Shown here piece after piece: positions 1-10,795 of a stretch of DNA of 64,000 nt. Below the pieces are notes generated by a model, which was not told the origin of the DNA, searched no databases, and saw nothing but the letters and a program-made list of their open reading frames with translations. The translations under genes were made by a program, and so were the position numbers. Source of the DNA: Hydrurus foetidus (Eukaryota); the NCBI GenBank assembly GCA_900617105.1, contig UYFQ01000001.1:3658001-3722000 (forward strand), read 5' to 3'. Each line of letters begins with the position of its first letter. Within the stretch, counting starts at the first letter, position 1.

Positions 1-6
1 CCAACA

Positions 7-741
7 TTGAAATTCAGATTATTTCGCCGCCGACTGACGATCAGCGCGCCGCGCATGGCGGTGCGCAGCGCATTGCCGTGGCCAGTGCGCTGGATGCTAG
101 GCGCCGTAGTGCTGGGTTTTTCAGCGGCCATTGCGCTGTGGACCTTTGAAATTGGCAAAGACATCGCCGGGCTGGACGGCAATGCCAAAGAAGAGCTGAT
201 TTCATTGCGCGCAGAAGTCACGCAGCTGCGATCAGACCGCGACAAAGCGCAGACGGTGGCCAACACTTCGGGCAGCCTGCTGGCCGCCGACAAAGCGGCG
301 CTCGATAAAATGATGGGCCAGCTCAAGCAACTTGAATCAGACAACCGACTGCTGCGCGATGATTTGGGCTTTTTTGAAAAGCTGTTGCCTGCCAGCGGCA
401 GCGACGGCGTGTCGATTCGCAGCGTGCAGGCCGAGCTGGTGTCGGCGTCGCAATTGCGCTGGCAGGTGCTGGTGATTCAGCCGGTCAAGGGCGCAGCTGA
501 CTTTAATGGCAAGCTCGAGGTGACGCTCAATGGGTCATTGGCCGGCAAACCCTGGACGGCCACGCTACCTGGCGGCGCACAGGCGCTGCAGTTTAAACAG
601 TACCGCCGCATTGAGGGCGTGCTGGATCTGCCCCCGCAAGTCGTGGTAAAAACAGCGACTGCCAAGGTAACAGAGGGGTCGGCGACCCGCTCGGTTCAAA
701 CCTTCAAGTTTTCATCGAGTCCGCCTGCGGATCGACCCTAA
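7..741 (+). CDS. Membrane-anchored coiled-coil protein (DUF6776-like)
   Basis: N-terminal TM helix plus coiled coil; sits upstream of bactofilin and erpA; TTG start uncertain. Confidence 0.6.
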   Translation: MKFRLFRRRLTISAPRMAVRSALPWPVRWMLGAVVLGFSAAIALWTFEIGKDIAGLDGNAKEELISLRAEVTQLRSDRDKAQTVANTSGSLLAADKAALDKMMGQLKQLESDNRLLRDDLGFFEKLLPASGSDGVSIRSVQAELVSASQLRWQVLVIQPVKGAADFNGKLEVTLNGSLAGKPWTATLPGGAQALQFKQYRRIEGVLDLPPQVVVKTATAKVTEGSATRSVQTFKFSSSPPADRP

Positions 742-758
742 CGAGTTCAGGAGTTCTT

Positions 759-1166
759 ATGTTCGGCAAAAAAAAGCAACCCCCCATCAAAAGCCTGATT
801 GCCACGGGCAGCTGTATTGAAGGCAACATCCGTTTTACTGACGGTTTGCGAGTTGATGGTGAGGTAATTGGCAACATTCGCGCCGCTGAAGGCTCGCCCA
901 GCATTTTGGTGATCAGCGAAACAGCCAGCGTCACCGGGCAAATTTTTGCGGATCACGTCATCATTAATGGCCGTGTTGCAGGGCCGGTGCACGCGTTTGA
1001 GTTGCTCGAACTGCAGCCCAAAGCCAACATCCAGGGCGATGTGTCTTACAAAGCGCTTGAAATGCACCAAGGCGCGGCTATTGCCGGCCAGTTGCGGCCA
1101 ACCATGGCCACCTTCGAAGAAAAGCCCATGCTCAAGCTGGCGGCAAGCAATGCCCAGGCGGCTTGA
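759..1166 (+). CDS. Bactofilin / polymer-forming cytoskeletal protein
   Basis: Beta-helix repeats (SLIATGSCIEGNI...LRVDGEVIGNI...IINGRVAGPV); GGAG RBS. Confidence 0.9.
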   Translation: MFGKKKQPPIKSLIATGSCIEGNIRFTDGLRVDGEVIGNIRAAEGSPSILVISETASVTGQIFADHVIINGRVAGPVHAFELLELQPKANIQGDVSYKALEMHQGAAIAGQLRPTMATFEEKPMLKLAASNAQAA

Positions 1167-1351
1167 GTTTTGTCGGGTCGTCGCCATTTGAGTTAAAGCT
1201 AAGTCACGCTGACAGTAAGTACTAACAAATCAGGCGGTTAAAAATTAGGAGATTAGCGCACACTGGCTACTTGCCTTCAGATGGCGTGCAGAGTGCGAGG
1301 TTGCCGGGTATGCGGTAAAATTGGGTATTGTTTAGAAGATTGGAGCTACCG

Positions 1352-1726
1352 ATGAGTGCAGTTGCTGAAAACGTCCAGACCACAATGGGGCAAATGCCTG
1401 ATCCGTTCGTGTTTACCGACAGCGCGGCTGACAAAGTGGCTGAGTTGATCGCCGAAGAAGGCAACCCAGATTTGAAGTTGCGCGTGTTCGTGCAGGGTGG
1501 CGGGTGTTCGGGCTTTTCGTATGGTTTCACGTTTGACGAAATCACCAACGACGACGACACCACCATGACCAAAAACGGCGTGTCGCTGTTGATTGACGCT
1601 ATGAGCTACCAGTACCTGGTGGGCGCTGAGATTGACTACAAAGATGACCTGGAAGGCGCACAATTTGTGATTAAAAATCCAAACGCGACCAGCACTTGCG
1701 GCTGTGGTTCCAGCTTCTCTGCTTAA
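1352..1726 (+). CDS. erpA: Fe-S cluster insertion protein ErpA
   Basis: [13 protein letters not shown] and C-terminal CGCGSSF motifs. Confidence 0.95.
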   Translation: MSAVAENVQTTMGQMPDPFVFTDSAADKVAELIAEEGNPDLKLRVFVQGGGCSGFSYGFTFDEITNDDDTTMTKNGVSLLIDAMSYQYLVGAEIDYKDDLEGAQFVIKNPNATSTCGCGSSFSA

Positions 1727-1744
1727 GTTTTCCACCATGCAGAG

Positions 1745-1768
1745 AAACCGCCCTTGAGGCGGTTTTTT
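1745..1768 (+). terminator. Intrinsic terminator between erpA and convergent anmK
   Basis: AAACCGCC-cttga-GGCGGTTT followed by T-tract. Confidence 0.8.
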
Positions 1769-1783
1769 GTTGCCTGAGCGGGC

Positions 1784-2917
1784 TCAAGCAGGGTAAATCG
1801 CACCCAGCACGCGCAGCCCCGCCGCGCCCGTCACGCTGGGTAAATTGCCCGGTAGCCGCAAAACGGTCTGGCGAGCCAGCCACGCAAACGCTGCCGCTTC
1901 TACATCCAAAGGCGCCAGGCCATGCACGCAAGAGGGCACCACTTTCAGTGACGGCAAACCCGCTTGCAAACGCTGCATCAGGTGTGAGTTAAACGCACCG
2001 CCGCCGCAAACGATCAACTCTTTACTATCATTTAAATAGCTGCTTGCGCCCGTAATACAAACCCTTGCGGTGAATTCGGTTAGTGTAAATTGAATATTCT
2101 GCGGTTTTTCAGCCGAAAACGGCGCCAGCTTGCCAGCCAGCCACGCAGTGCTAAATAAATCTCGCCCGCAACTTTTAGGCGGCGGTTTGGCAAAGTAGGG
2201 CTCAGCCAGCAAGCTGGCCAACAAGGGCTCAATCAACTGGCCGCTGGCAGCCCACGTGCCGCCCTCGTCGTACGCGTGGCCGGTATGCTGTTGGGCCCAA
2301 GCGTCCATCAGCGCATTGCCGGGCCCACAGTCAAAACCCAGCACTTCGCCTGGTGCCGACGCCGCTGGCAAAACACTCAAATTGGCAATGCCGCCCACAT
2401 TAAGCACCAGCGCCTGGCTATTCGGCGCGCCAAACACGCTGCGGTGAAACGCAGGCACCAGTGGTGCGCCGTGCCCGCCCGCCGCCACGTCGCGGCTGCG
2501 AAAGTCCGCGACCACATCAATGCCGCATACCTCAGCCAGCAGGGCCGGGTTATTTAACTGCAGGCTGTAACTGGCACTGGTGCCCGCGGGGGTGTGCCCC
2601 TGCTGCGGTTGGTGCCTGACGGTTTGGCCGTGCGCACCAATGGCAGTGACGTCGGCCGCAATTTTGTCAGCTTGGTCTAAAAGCGTGGACACTACGCCGC
2701 CATAAAGGGCCGCCAGCTGATTGGCTGCCAGCGCGGCGCGGTGCAGTTCGTTGTGTGACGGGCTGTTCAGCGCCAGCAACTCGGCGCGAAACTCGTTTGA
2801 AAACGCAGTGCTTGCGCTGGCTACGACCCTAAGTTGCGGCTGAGAAAAATCGACCAGAACGCCGTCTGCACCATCGAGCGAGGTCCCTGACATCAGGCCA
2901 ATGTAAAGGCCGGTCAT
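1784..2917 (-). CDS. anmK: Anhydro-N-acetylmuramic acid kinase
   Basis: GLMSGTSLDG, HGQTVRH, DFRSRDVAAGG.GAPLVP, FDCGPGN motifs. Confidence 0.95.
   Translation of the reverse strand: MTGLYIGLMSGTSLDGADGVLVDFSQPQLRVVASASTAFSNEFRAELLALNSPSHNELHRAALAANQLAALYGGVVSTLLDQADKIAADVTAIGAHGQTVRHQPQQGHTPAGTSASYSLQLNNPALLAEVCGIDVVADFRSRDVAAGGHGAPLVPAFHRSVFGAPNSQALVLNVGGIANLSVLPAASAPGEVLGFDCGPGNALMDAWAQQHTGHAYDEGGTWAASGQLIEPLLASLLAEPYFAKPPPKSCGRDLFSTAWLAGKLAPFSAEKPQNIQFTLTEFTARVCITGASSYLNDSKELIVCGGGAFNSHLMQRLQAGLPSLKVVPSCVHGLAPLDVEAAAFAWLARQTVLRLPGNLPSVTGAAGLRVLGAIYPA
2024..2064 (+). repeat. 48-bp dyad element copy (partial) inside anmK, antisense
   Basis: ACTA-tcatttaaa-TAGC-tgcttgc-GCCC-gtaatacaa; encodes CITGASSYLNDS. 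Confidence 0.75.
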
Positions 2918-2921
2918 GGAA

Positions 2922-4304
2922 CTACTCTGCCCGGGTTTGGCCTATGGTGGCGCCGGCCTGTAGTTGCGAATTCACCGTTGCGGCCAACATCTTGAACTGG
3001 GTCATGGCGGCTTCAGGCAGCGTCACGGTGTCGCTTTGCTTGGCAATGGTCATGGGGTCCTGGTGCACGCCGTTCACGCGGAATTCAAAATGCAAATGTG
3101 GCCCCGTTGACCAACCTGTTGTGCCGACCAGCCCGATGGTGTCGCTCTGGCTGACCTTGGCGCCAACCCGCACATTTATTTTGCTGAGGTGTGCGTACAG
3201 GGTTTCGTGGCCATTGCGGTGCGTGATGATCACCACGTTGCCGTAACCGCCTTGCACGCCTGCAAATGAAACGACCCCATCGCCTACGGTGCGGGCGGGC
3301 GTGCCAGTGGGCGCCGCAAAATCAGTGCCCAAATGCGCGCGCCACTTTTTCGCAATCGGGTGAAAGCGCATCGAAAAACCGCTGGTCACGCGCGAAAACT
3401 CAAGCGGGGTGCTCAAGTAACCACGGCGCAGGCTTTTGCCGTCTAAACCGTAATAGCCGCCTTTATAGGCAATGCCTTGGGCGTCTACGCCGCCTGCCTG
3501 GTACCACATGGCCTGGTGCGCCTTGCCTGCGTTAACAAACTCAGCCGACACCACGCGGCCAGCTCGCAGGGGCTCGCCATCGGCTTCTAATGTTTCATAA
3601 ACCACGCTAAACCTGTCACCCTTGCGTAGCGCTTTGCGAAAGTCGATTTCGGTTGAAAACATCTCGGCAATTTGGGTTGCCACATGGTCGGGAATACCGG
3701 CGTCGTCGGTCGCGGAAAACAATGAGCTTTGAATCACGCCGCTGGCCAGGCGCGCGTTCGCTACGTAAGGAGCAGTCTCAACACGCGATGCCAGCCCGGC
3801 TGCTGTGCGCTCTACTACCAGGCGGTTGAAATGTTTTTCATCGTCGGCCGGCCAGCGAAAAGTCAGCTTTTGCAGTGCCTGCGTGTCGGTGGCTTCAGCG
3901 GTGACGTTTTTACCTACGCGGCCGGCCAGCAAAATTTTGGCATTGATGTCTTTGCGCAAAAACGCTGCTGCTCCCGGGTCATTGATGTTCAGGCGCTTGA
4001 GCAGCGTGTCAAAGGTATCGCTGCTGCGGGTGCTCTCGGTACGGTACAACTTGAAGCCGTGGACGGCCAATGCATCGAGCTGGGTTTGTAGCGGCAGTGT
4101 TTGCACTGCCTCAAACACCTGGCGCACTGGCAAGTCAGCTGCGTCTGGCGCCAATGGTGCTACGCCGAAAGCGGTAACGCCTGTGCCCAGTAAAAGTGCA
4201 GCAAAACTGCCGGTGACCCGTTTGGGGTGACGGCGCAAGCTGGCTGCGGTGGCGTGAGAAGCAGAAATCAGATCGGCAAGTATCAAAGTCAGTGGTCCCG
4301 GCAA
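2922..4304 (-). CDS. M23 family peptidoglycan endopeptidase (MepM-like)
   Basis: HLGTD and GPHLHFE zinc motifs; N-terminal TM; start uncertain. Confidence 0.9.
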   Translation of the reverse strand: MPGPLTLILADLISASHATAASLRRHPKRVTGSFAALLLGTGVTAFGVAPLAPDAADLPVRQVFEAVQTLPLQTQLDALAVHGFKLYRTESTRSSDTFDTLLKRLNINDPGAAAFLRKDINAKILLAGRVGKNVTAEATDTQALQKLTFRWPADDEKHFNRLVVERTAAGLASRVETAPYVANARLASGVIQSSLFSATDDAGIPDHVATQIAEMFSTEIDFRKALRKGDRFSVVYETLEADGEPLRAGRVVSAEFVNAGKAHQAMWYQAGGVDAQGIAYKGGYYGLDGKSLRRGYLSTPLEFSRVTSGFSMRFHPIAKKWRAHLGTDFAAPTGTPARTVGDGVVSFAGVQGGYGNVVIITHRNGHETLYAHLSKINVRVGAKVSQSDTIGLVGTTGWSTGPHLHFEFRVNGVHQDPMTIAKQSDTVTLPEAAMTQFKMLAATVNSQLQAGATIGQTRAE

Positions 4305-4408
4305 CAGTCAATTTCAGGGCAAACTACCTGACACTTAAAATAGCGCCATCCGTAGCAAAGGCATCAGTATATCTGTCAGCAGATGCCCGAAAGTGTAAAA
4401 AACCCCTT

Positions 4409-5653
4409 ATGAATCATCAAGTTTCAAATTCGCCAGTGACCAATTACCCAGTGACCGATTCCGTAAAAAACGCCTTGGCCGTATCTTTGCGTGGGTGCGA
4501 GGAGCTGATACCGCAAGACGAGTGGGTTAAAAAGCTCGCCAAGTCAGAAGCCACCGGCGTGCCGCTGCGCATCAAGCTCGGCCTGGACCCCACCGCGCCA
4601 GACATTCATTTGGGCCACACCGTGGTGCTGAACAAAATGCGCCAGCTGCAGGACCTGGGCCACACGGTAATTTTTTTGATTGGCGACTTCACCAGTTTGA
4701 TAGGCGACCCGTCGGGCCGCAACACCACGCGCCCACCGCTAACGCCTGAGCAAATCAAGGCCAACGCCGAAACGTACTACAAACAAGCCAGCCTAGTGCT
4801 GGACCCAGCCAAAACCGAGATTCGTTACAACAGCGAATGGTCAGACCCGCTGGGCGCGCGCGGCATGATTCAGTTAGCCGCCAAGTACAACGTGGCCCGC
4901 ATGATGGAGCGCAAGGATTTTCATGACCGCTTCAAGGCCGGCACACCGATCAGCGTGCATGAATTTTTGTACCCGCTGATGCAGGGCTACGACTCAGTGG
5001 CACTCAAAAGCGACCTGGAACTGGGCGGCACCGACCAAAAATTCAACCTGCTGGTCGGCAGGCACCTACAGGCCGAATACGGCCAGGAGCCGCAATGCAT
5101 TTTGACCATGCCACTGCTAGAGGGCATCGACGGCGTGGAGAAAATGTCCAAAAGCAAGCACAACTACATCGGCATTTCAGAGGACGCGAACACGATGTAC
5201 GCCAAGGTGCTCAGCATTTCTGATGTGCTGATGTGGAAGTGGTTCACGCTGCTGTCGTTCAAAAGCGAGCTAGAGATTGCCGCGCTAAAAGCCGAGATTG
5301 ACGGCGGGCGTAACCCGAAAGACGCCAAAGTGATGTTGGCCAAAGAAATCACGGGGCGTTTTCACTCAAGTGCTGCGGCTGATGCTGCAGAGCAAGACTT
5401 CATCAACCGAAGCAAGGGCGGTGTGCCTGATGAGATTGAGGAGCGAGCCATCACCGGCGCACCCATGGGCATAGGCGCAGTGCTTAAAGCCGTGGGGCTG
5501 GCATCTTCTGGCGGTGACGCGACCCGGCTGATTGACGGCGGCGGCGTGCGGGTCGATTCCAGCGTGGTCAGCGACAAAGGCTTGAAGCTGGATGCCGGCA
5601 CGTACGTGGTGCAGGTGGGCAAGCGCAAGTTTGTGCGGGTTACGTTGGGCTGA
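4409..5653 (+). CDS. tyrS: Tyrosine--tRNA ligase
   Basis: DPTAPDIHLGH, KMSKS, C-terminal S4 domain. Confidence 0.97.
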   Translation: MNHQVSNSPVTNYPVTDSVKNALAVSLRGCEELIPQDEWVKKLAKSEATGVPLRIKLGLDPTAPDIHLGHTVVLNKMRQLQDLGHTVIFLIGDFTSLIGDPSGRNTTRPPLTPEQIKANAETYYKQASLVLDPAKTEIRYNSEWSDPLGARGMIQLAAKYNVARMMERKDFHDRFKAGTPISVHEFLYPLMQGYDSVALKSDLELGGTDQKFNLLVGRHLQAEYGQEPQCILTMPLLEGIDGVEKMSKSKHNYIGISEDANTMYAKVLSISDVLMWKWFTLLSFKSELEIAALKAEIDGGRNPKDAKVMLAKEITGRFHSSAAADAAEQDFINRSKGGVPDEIEERAITGAPMGIGAVLKAVGLASSGGDATRLIDGGGVRVDSSVVSDKGLKLDAGTYVVQVGKRKFVRVTLG

Positions 5654-5754
5654 GCAGTGGCTTTTAACGACAGATTCATAAATTGGCTTACCCGCTTGAC
5701 AAGCAGTCAAGCCGCTGTTTGTGGCCGGTGGGATCACCGACTGAGCATACAGGC

Positions 5755-5802
5755 GCTATATATTTAAGAGCTGTTTGCGCCCATATTCATTGGGCTAGAG
5801 GC
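5755..5802 (+). repeat. 48-bp dyad element copy, intergenic (tyrS/ybeY)
   Basis: GCTA-tatatttaa-GAGC-tgtttgc-GCCC-atattcatt-GGGC-tagaggc. Confidence 0.85.
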
Positions 5803-5833
5803 CTAATTTATACCTGAAAAGCATCAAATTAGC

Positions 5834-6289
5834 TCATTCATAAGGGTTTTTGATGCCCAACCCCGCCAACACCGCAATTTCACGCGCTTCCATAGCGTCA
5901 GCATCTAGCACTGAGGTTTCGTGGTCATAGCCCTGGGCATGCAGCGTGCCGTGCACCAGTAAGTGTGCGTAGTGGGCCGCCAGCGTCTTTTTGTTTTCTC
6001 TCGCTTCCTCTGCCACCACCGGCGCGCACAACACCAGGTCAGCCGTGACCAGCGGCGCGCGCGTGTAGTCGAAAGTCAGCACGTTGGTGGCGTAGTCTTT
6101 CTGGCGATAGTCGCGGTTAAGCGCTTGGCCTTCTTCGCTACCTACGATGCGCACGGTGATCTCTGCATCACTTTCAAGCGCATGGCGAATGTAGCGCACA
6201 ACGCTGTGGCGGCTCAAAGCGGCGCGGTGGCGGGCGGCGTCTTTAATATCGCCAAATTGCAGCGATAAAGACAGGTTTTTAAGAGTCAT
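5834..6289 (-). CDS. ybeY: rRNA maturation RNase YbeY
   Basis: NRDYRQKDYATNVLTF and HGTLHAQGYDH motifs. Confidence 0.95.
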   Translation of the reverse strand: MTLKNLSLSLQFGDIKDAARHRAALSRHSVVRYIRHALESDAEITVRIVGSEEGQALNRDYRQKDYATNVLTFDYTRAPLVTADLVLCAPVVAEEARENKKTLAAHYAHLLVHGTLHAQGYDHETSVLDADAMEAREIAVLAGLGIKNPYE

Positions 6290-7292
6290 TTTTGCCTGTA
6301 GCCCTTGTTTTACGTGCGCGAGCAGCTACTTTATTAGTAGCGTTGACGGTATCGGTCGGCGTAGACTGCGCAGCGTCGTACGCATCCACAATTCGCGCCA
6401 CCAGCGGGTGTCGCACTACATCTAGACTGGTCAAGCGCGTGATCGCGATGCCGTTCACGCGCTTTAAGACCCGCTCAGCATCGACCAAGCCGCTGAGCTG
6501 CGTGCGCGGCAAATCGACCTGACTCACATCACCTGTCACCACTGCCTTGCTGCCAAAGCCGACGCGGGTTAAAAACATTTTCATCTGCTCAGGCGTGGTG
6601 TTTTGCGCTTCGTCCAAGATTACAAACGCGTGGTTCAGCGTGCGGCCCCGCATAAAGGCCAGTGGCGCAATTTCAATTTGCTGGCGCTCAAACGCTTTTT
6701 GTACCCGCTCAAAACCCATCAGCTCATGCAGCGCGTCCCACAGCGGGCGCAGGTAGGGGTCGACTTTCTGGCTCAAATCACCCGGCAAAAATCCCAGCCG
6801 CTCGCCCGCTTCCACCGCCGGGCGAGTCAGCACAATGCGCTGTACCGCGCTGCGCTCCAGCGCATCTACCGCGCAGGCTACTGCCAGGTAGGTTTTGCCC
6901 GTACCGGCGGGGCCAATGCCAAAGGTGATGTCATGCGTGGCAATGTTTTCGAGGTAAGCCCCTTGGTTCACGGTGCGGGCGCGCAGGTCAGCGCGCCGGG
7001 TGGTCAGGGTGGGGCTGCCGTCAGCCGACAACTTTAACGCCGTGTCGCCAGACATCATGAGCTGCACGGTTTCCTCGGCAATCGGCCGCTGCGCCATTTC
7101 ATAGAGCGCCTGCAGAACTTCAAGCGCTTGGGTGGCACGCGCCTTCGTGCCGTCAATCTTGAACTGCTCAAAGCGGTGCGCAATTTTGACGTCCAGTCCG
7201 ACCTCAATCGTGCGGATGTGTGCATCCATCGGGCCGCACAAGTGGCCCATTCGGGTATTGTTCGGCGGCGTGAAGGTATGGCGAAGGATCAA
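6279..7292 (-). CDS. phoH: PhoH-family ATPase (YbeZ)
   Basis: GPAGTGKT, RPAVEAGERLGFLPG, DEAQN; TTG start at 7292 inferred. Confidence 0.92.
   Translation of the reverse strand: MILRHTFTPPNNTRMGHLCGPMDAHIRTIEVGLDVKIAHRFEQFKIDGTKARATQALEVLQALYEMAQRPIAEETVQLMMSGDTALKLSADGSPTLTTRRADLRARTVNQGAYLENIATHDITFGIGPAGTGKTYLAVACAVDALERSAVQRIVLTRPAVEAGERLGFLPGDLSQKVDPYLRPLWDALHELMGFERVQKAFERQQIEIAPLAFMRGRTLNHAFVILDEAQNTTPEQMKMFLTRVGFGSKAVVTGDVSQVDLPRTQLSGLVDAERVLKRVNGIAITRLTSLDVVRHPLVARIVDAYDAAQSTPTDTVNATNKVAARARKTRATGKNDS
6294..6341 (-). repeat. 48-bp dyad element copy forming the PhoH C-terminal tail
   Basis: GCTA-ctaataaag-TAGC-tgctcgc-GCAC-gtaaaacaa-GGGC-tacaggc = ATNKVAARARKTRATG. Confidence 0.85.
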
Positions 7293-7373
7293 GGGTTGAA
7301 TGTCCTGAAAATTGGGTTGAACGGCGATTGTCCGCTGATATTCGAGCGCTGGGGTGGCTGATAACATTACCCC

Positions 7374-7946
7374 ATGATTGGAAGAATTCAAGGCTCGCTA
7401 GCCGAAAAGAACCCCCCAGAAATTCTGGTCGACTGCAATGGCGTGGGCTACGAGCTGCTGGTGCCCATGAGCACGTTTTACAACCTGCCTGGTTTGGGCG
7501 AAAAAGTCAGCCTGCTCACGCATTTTGTGGTGCGTGAAGACGCGCAAATCTTGTACGGCTTCGCTACGTCAACCGAACGCGCCGCCTTCAGGCAGCTGGT
7601 CAAAATATCCGGCGTAGGCCCGCGCACCGCACTCAGCGTGCTCAGCGGCATGAGCGTTGAAGAGCTCGCTCAGGCCGTTACGCTGCAGGAAATGGGCCGC
7701 ATCATCAAGGTGCCCGGCATCGGCAAAAAAACCGCCGAGCGTTTGCTGCTGGAACTCAAAGGCAAGCTGGGCGCAGACATCGGCGTGAATGTCTCAATCA
7801 CCAACGACAGCCAGTCAGACATCTTGCAGGCGCTGGTAGCGCTGGGCTACAGCGACCGCGATGCAGCCCTGGCGCTCAAGGCGCTGCCTAAGGACATTGG
7901 GGTGTCTGATGGGATTAAGCTGGCGTTGAAGGCGTTGGCGAAGTAA
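7374..7946 (+). CDS. ruvA: Holliday junction branch migration protein RuvA
   Basis: [27 protein letters not shown] motifs. Confidence 0.97.
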   Translation: MIGRIQGSLAEKNPPEILVDCNGVGYELLVPMSTFYNLPGLGEKVSLLTHFVVREDAQILYGFATSTERAAFRQLVKISGVGPRTALSVLSGMSVEELAQAVTLQEMGRIIKVPGIGKKTAERLLLELKGKLGADIGVNVSITNDSQSDILQALVALGYSDRDAALALKALPKDIGVSDGIKLALKALAK

Positions 7947-7964
7947 CGGAATAAGGTGAATCTA

Positions 7965-9176
7965 ATGCAAATCGAATCACTGCGGCTTAAAAATTTCAGA
8001 TCCTTCAAAGATGTGACATTGAAAGACATACCAAAATTTTGCGTGCTGGTAGGCGCAAATGGAACTGGTAAAAGCACACTATTTTCAGTTTTTGCATTTT
8101 TAAGAGATGCAATGACAACAAATGTCACGGCGGCCTTAGGCCGACTTGGTGGTAGCCGTGGTTTTGCTGAAGTGCGGAGTCGAGGAACCAGTGGTCCAAT
8201 TGAAATAGAGATCAAGCTACGAACTACCTTGTCTGAAGGGCGTTCTAGGTTGATTACATACGAATTACATATCGATGACTCAAGCGGTAGGCCTTCGGTT
8301 GTTTGCGAAATATTGCAGTATCGGCGCGGAAGCCGCGGAAAACCGTGGAAGTTTCTCGATTTTTCCAACGGTGTTGGCGAGGCAGTTACGAACGAACTTG
8401 ACACGGTTACGGATGAGCGTGATCTTGTCCGCGAGCAGCAAACTTTAAAAAGTCCTGACATCCTTGCCATTAAGGGACTGGCTCAGTTTGAACGATTCCC
8501 CGCAGTAGTCGCGCTAGGTAATCTCATTGAAAACTGGCATTTATCCGATTTTCACATCAGCAGAGCACGCCCTGAGGCCGAAGCAGGCTATGCCGAGCAC
8601 TTGTCTCGCGAAGGGGAAAACCTTTCGTTGGTCATCGAATACTTGCATCGAAATCATCTACAAATATTTGAAAAGATACTAAATCGCTTAAAACAATGCG
8701 TACCGGGCGTCACACATGTTGAGGCAAAAACCACCGAGGAGGGGCGAGTTCTTCTTAAGTTTCAAGATGGTGCATTTGAAGACCCTTTTTTGGCGCGATA
8801 CGTTTCAGATGGAACTATCAAAATGTTGGCTTACTTGGTTTTGTTATACGACCCTCATCCCTCTCCTTTGTTGTGTGTTGAAGAACCAGAAAATCAGTTG
8901 TATCCATCTTTACTTTGGGATCTAGCAGAAGAATTTCGGAGGTATGCTGAAAGCGGAGGGCAAGTATTTGTCACAACCCATTCGCCAGATTTTCTTAATG
9001 CAATTGAGTTAAGTGAAGTATTTTGGTTGGTGAAGGCAAACGGATTTACCGACGTACACCGGGCTGCGGATGACCTTCAACTTCAAGCCTACATGCAGGA
9101 CGGCGATCAAATGGGGTATCTTTGGAAACAAGGATTATTTGAAGGTGCAGATCCATCGGTAGGTGGACATGGTTGA
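7965..9176 (+). CDS. ABC-type AAA ATPase (AAA_15/AAA_21, OLD/AbiEii-like)
   Basis: Walker A GANGTGKS, signature SDGT, Walker B CVEEPEN, TTHSP; AT-richer than neighbours. Confidence 0.85.
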   Translation: MQIESLRLKNFRSFKDVTLKDIPKFCVLVGANGTGKSTLFSVFAFLRDAMTTNVTAALGRLGGSRGFAEVRSRGTSGPIEIEIKLRTTLSEGRSRLITYELHIDDSSGRPSVVCEILQYRRGSRGKPWKFLDFSNGVGEAVTNELDTVTDERDLVREQQTLKSPDILAIKGLAQFERFPAVVALGNLIENWHLSDFHISRARPEAEAGYAEHLSREGENLSLVIEYLHRNHLQIFEKILNRLKQCVPGVTHVEAKTTEEGRVLLKFQDGAFEDPFLARYVSDGTIKMLAYLVLLYDPHPSPLLCVEEPENQLYPSLLWDLAEEFRRYAESGGQVFVTTHSPDFLNAIELSEVFWLVKANGFTDVHRAADDLQLQAYMQDGDQMGYLWKQGLFEGADPSVGGHG

Positions 9177-9732
9177 AAATCTCGTTATCCTGCTAGAAGA
9201 GCCATCGGCTAAAGATTTTTTGCAGGCAATTCTCCCAACGATGTTGCCGAGCCATATCACTCCAATTTTTATAGTCTTTGAAGGTAAGCAAGATCTAGAA
9301 AAGCAGTTGGTCAGAAAATTGAGGGGTTGGTTGCGACCGCATTCAGCATTTCTAGTCATGCGCGATCAAGACGGTAGCGATTGTTTGGATGTCAAAAATC
9401 GGCTTGTGGCACTTTGTGCTGAAGCTGGTAAACCTGATGCAATAGTCAGGATCGCGTGTCGTGAACTGGAGTCTTTCTTTTTGGGAGATTGGCAAGCCAT
9501 AGCACAAGCCTACGCTAGGCCGTCGTTAAGTAACCATGCCAGAACTGCAAAATACAGAAGTCCTGATAACTTGGGAAGCCCAAGTCTGGAATTAAAGCGC
9601 GTTATTCCCAACTATCAAAAACGCGAGGGTGCACGCCGCATTGCTCCGAACCTAGAACTAGTACCAGGCAGGAATCGATCTCAAAGCTTCAATGCGCTTA
9701 TTGCATCACTCAAAAAGTTTGCGGTTGCATGA
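9163..9732 (+). CDS. DUF4276-like (TOPRIM-like) protein
   Basis: LLEEPS..., [15 protein letters not shown] motifs; overlaps ATPase stop and ruvB start. Confidence 0.7.
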   Translation: MDMVENLVILLEEPSAKDFLQAILPTMLPSHITPIFIVFEGKQDLEKQLVRKLRGWLRPHSAFLVMRDQDGSDCLDVKNRLVALCAEAGKPDAIVRIACRELESFFLGDWQAIAQAYARPSLSNHARTAKYRSPDNLGSPSLELKRVIPNYQKREGARRIAPNLELVPGRNRSQSFNALIASLKKFAVA

Positions 9733-10793
9733 CCATTCAAACCGACGACTTCAACCTGGCCGACCTGCCGCCCTCACGGCGCGTCATGTCTGCCGCACCT
9801 GATTCCCCCAAAGAAGAAGCGATTGAGCGCGCCCTGCGCCCCAAGCTGTTTGACGAATATGTCGGCCAGACTAAGGTGCGCGACCAGTTGGAGATTTTTA
9901 TTGGCGCTGCCAAAAAACGCAGCGAGGCGCTTGACCACGTGCTGCTGTTTGGCCCGCCGGGTTTGGGCAAAACCACGCTGAGTCACATTATTGCGCATGA
10001 GCTAGGCGTGAACATGCGGCAAACCAGTGGCCCGGTGCTTGAAAAACCCAAAGACCTGGCGGCGCTGCTCACGAATCTGGAAAAGAACGATGTGCTGTTC
10101 ATCGACGAGATTCACCGCTTAAGCCCGGTGGTTGAAGAGATTTTGTACCCGGCGCTGGAAGACTACCAAATCGATATCATGATCGGCGAAGGCCCAGCCG
10201 CTCGCAGCATCAAGCTTGATTTGCAGCCCTTCACGCTGGTGGGTGCCACCACGCGTGCCGGCATGCTGACCAACCCGCTGCGTGACCGTTTTGGCATCGT
10301 TGCGCGGCTGGAGTTTTATACCGCTGAAGAGTTGGCGAAAATCGTTAAACGCAGCGCCGGGCTGCTCAATGTGCCGACTGACGCGGAAGGCGGCTTTGAG
10401 ATTGCCAAACGTTCGCGCGGCACACCGCGCATCGCCAACCGTCTGCTACGCCGTGTGCGCGACTTTGCTGATGTGAAGGGCAAAGGTGAGATCACCCTTA
10501 GCATCGCCAACCAAGCGCTCGCCATGCTAGACGTCGACCCGCAAGGTTTTGACGTGATGGACCGCAAGCTGCTCGAATGCGTGATTCACCGCTTCGACGG
10601 CGGCCCCGTTGGGCTGGACAACATAGCCGCCAGCATTGGTGAAGAGCGTGACACGATTGAAGACGTGATTGAACCGTATTTAATTCAACAGGGCTATTTG
10701 CAGCGCACGCCGCGTGGGCGTATTGCTACGTTGGCGGCATACCGGCATTTGGGCGTTGCTCCCCCAGCTTCTGGCGCCGAGCTGTTCACTTAG
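9729..10793 (+). CDS. ruvB: Holliday junction DNA helicase RuvB
   Basis: [23 protein letters not shown] motifs. Confidence 0.98.
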   Translation: MTIQTDDFNLADLPPSRRVMSAAPDSPKEEAIERALRPKLFDEYVGQTKVRDQLEIFIGAAKKRSEALDHVLLFGPPGLGKTTLSHIIAHELGVNMRQTSGPVLEKPKDLAALLTNLEKNDVLFIDEIHRLSPVVEEILYPALEDYQIDIMIGEGPAARSIKLDLQPFTLVGATTRAGMLTNPLRDRFGIVARLEFYTAEELAKIVKRSAGLLNVPTDAEGGFEIAKRSRGTPRIANRLLRRVRDFADVKGKGEITLSIANQALAMLDVDPQGFDVMDRKLLECVIHRFDGGPVGLDNIAASIGEERDTIEDVIEPYLIQQGYLQRTPRGRIATLAAYRHLGVAPPASGAELFT

Positions 10794-10795
10794 TT

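Noticed and set aside
1190..1260. IscR site upstream of erpA
   Set aside because: Plausible by context, but the match to the consensus is too poor to support.
7293..7373. LexA box upstream of ruvA
   Set aside because: No CTGT-N8-ACAG match seen.
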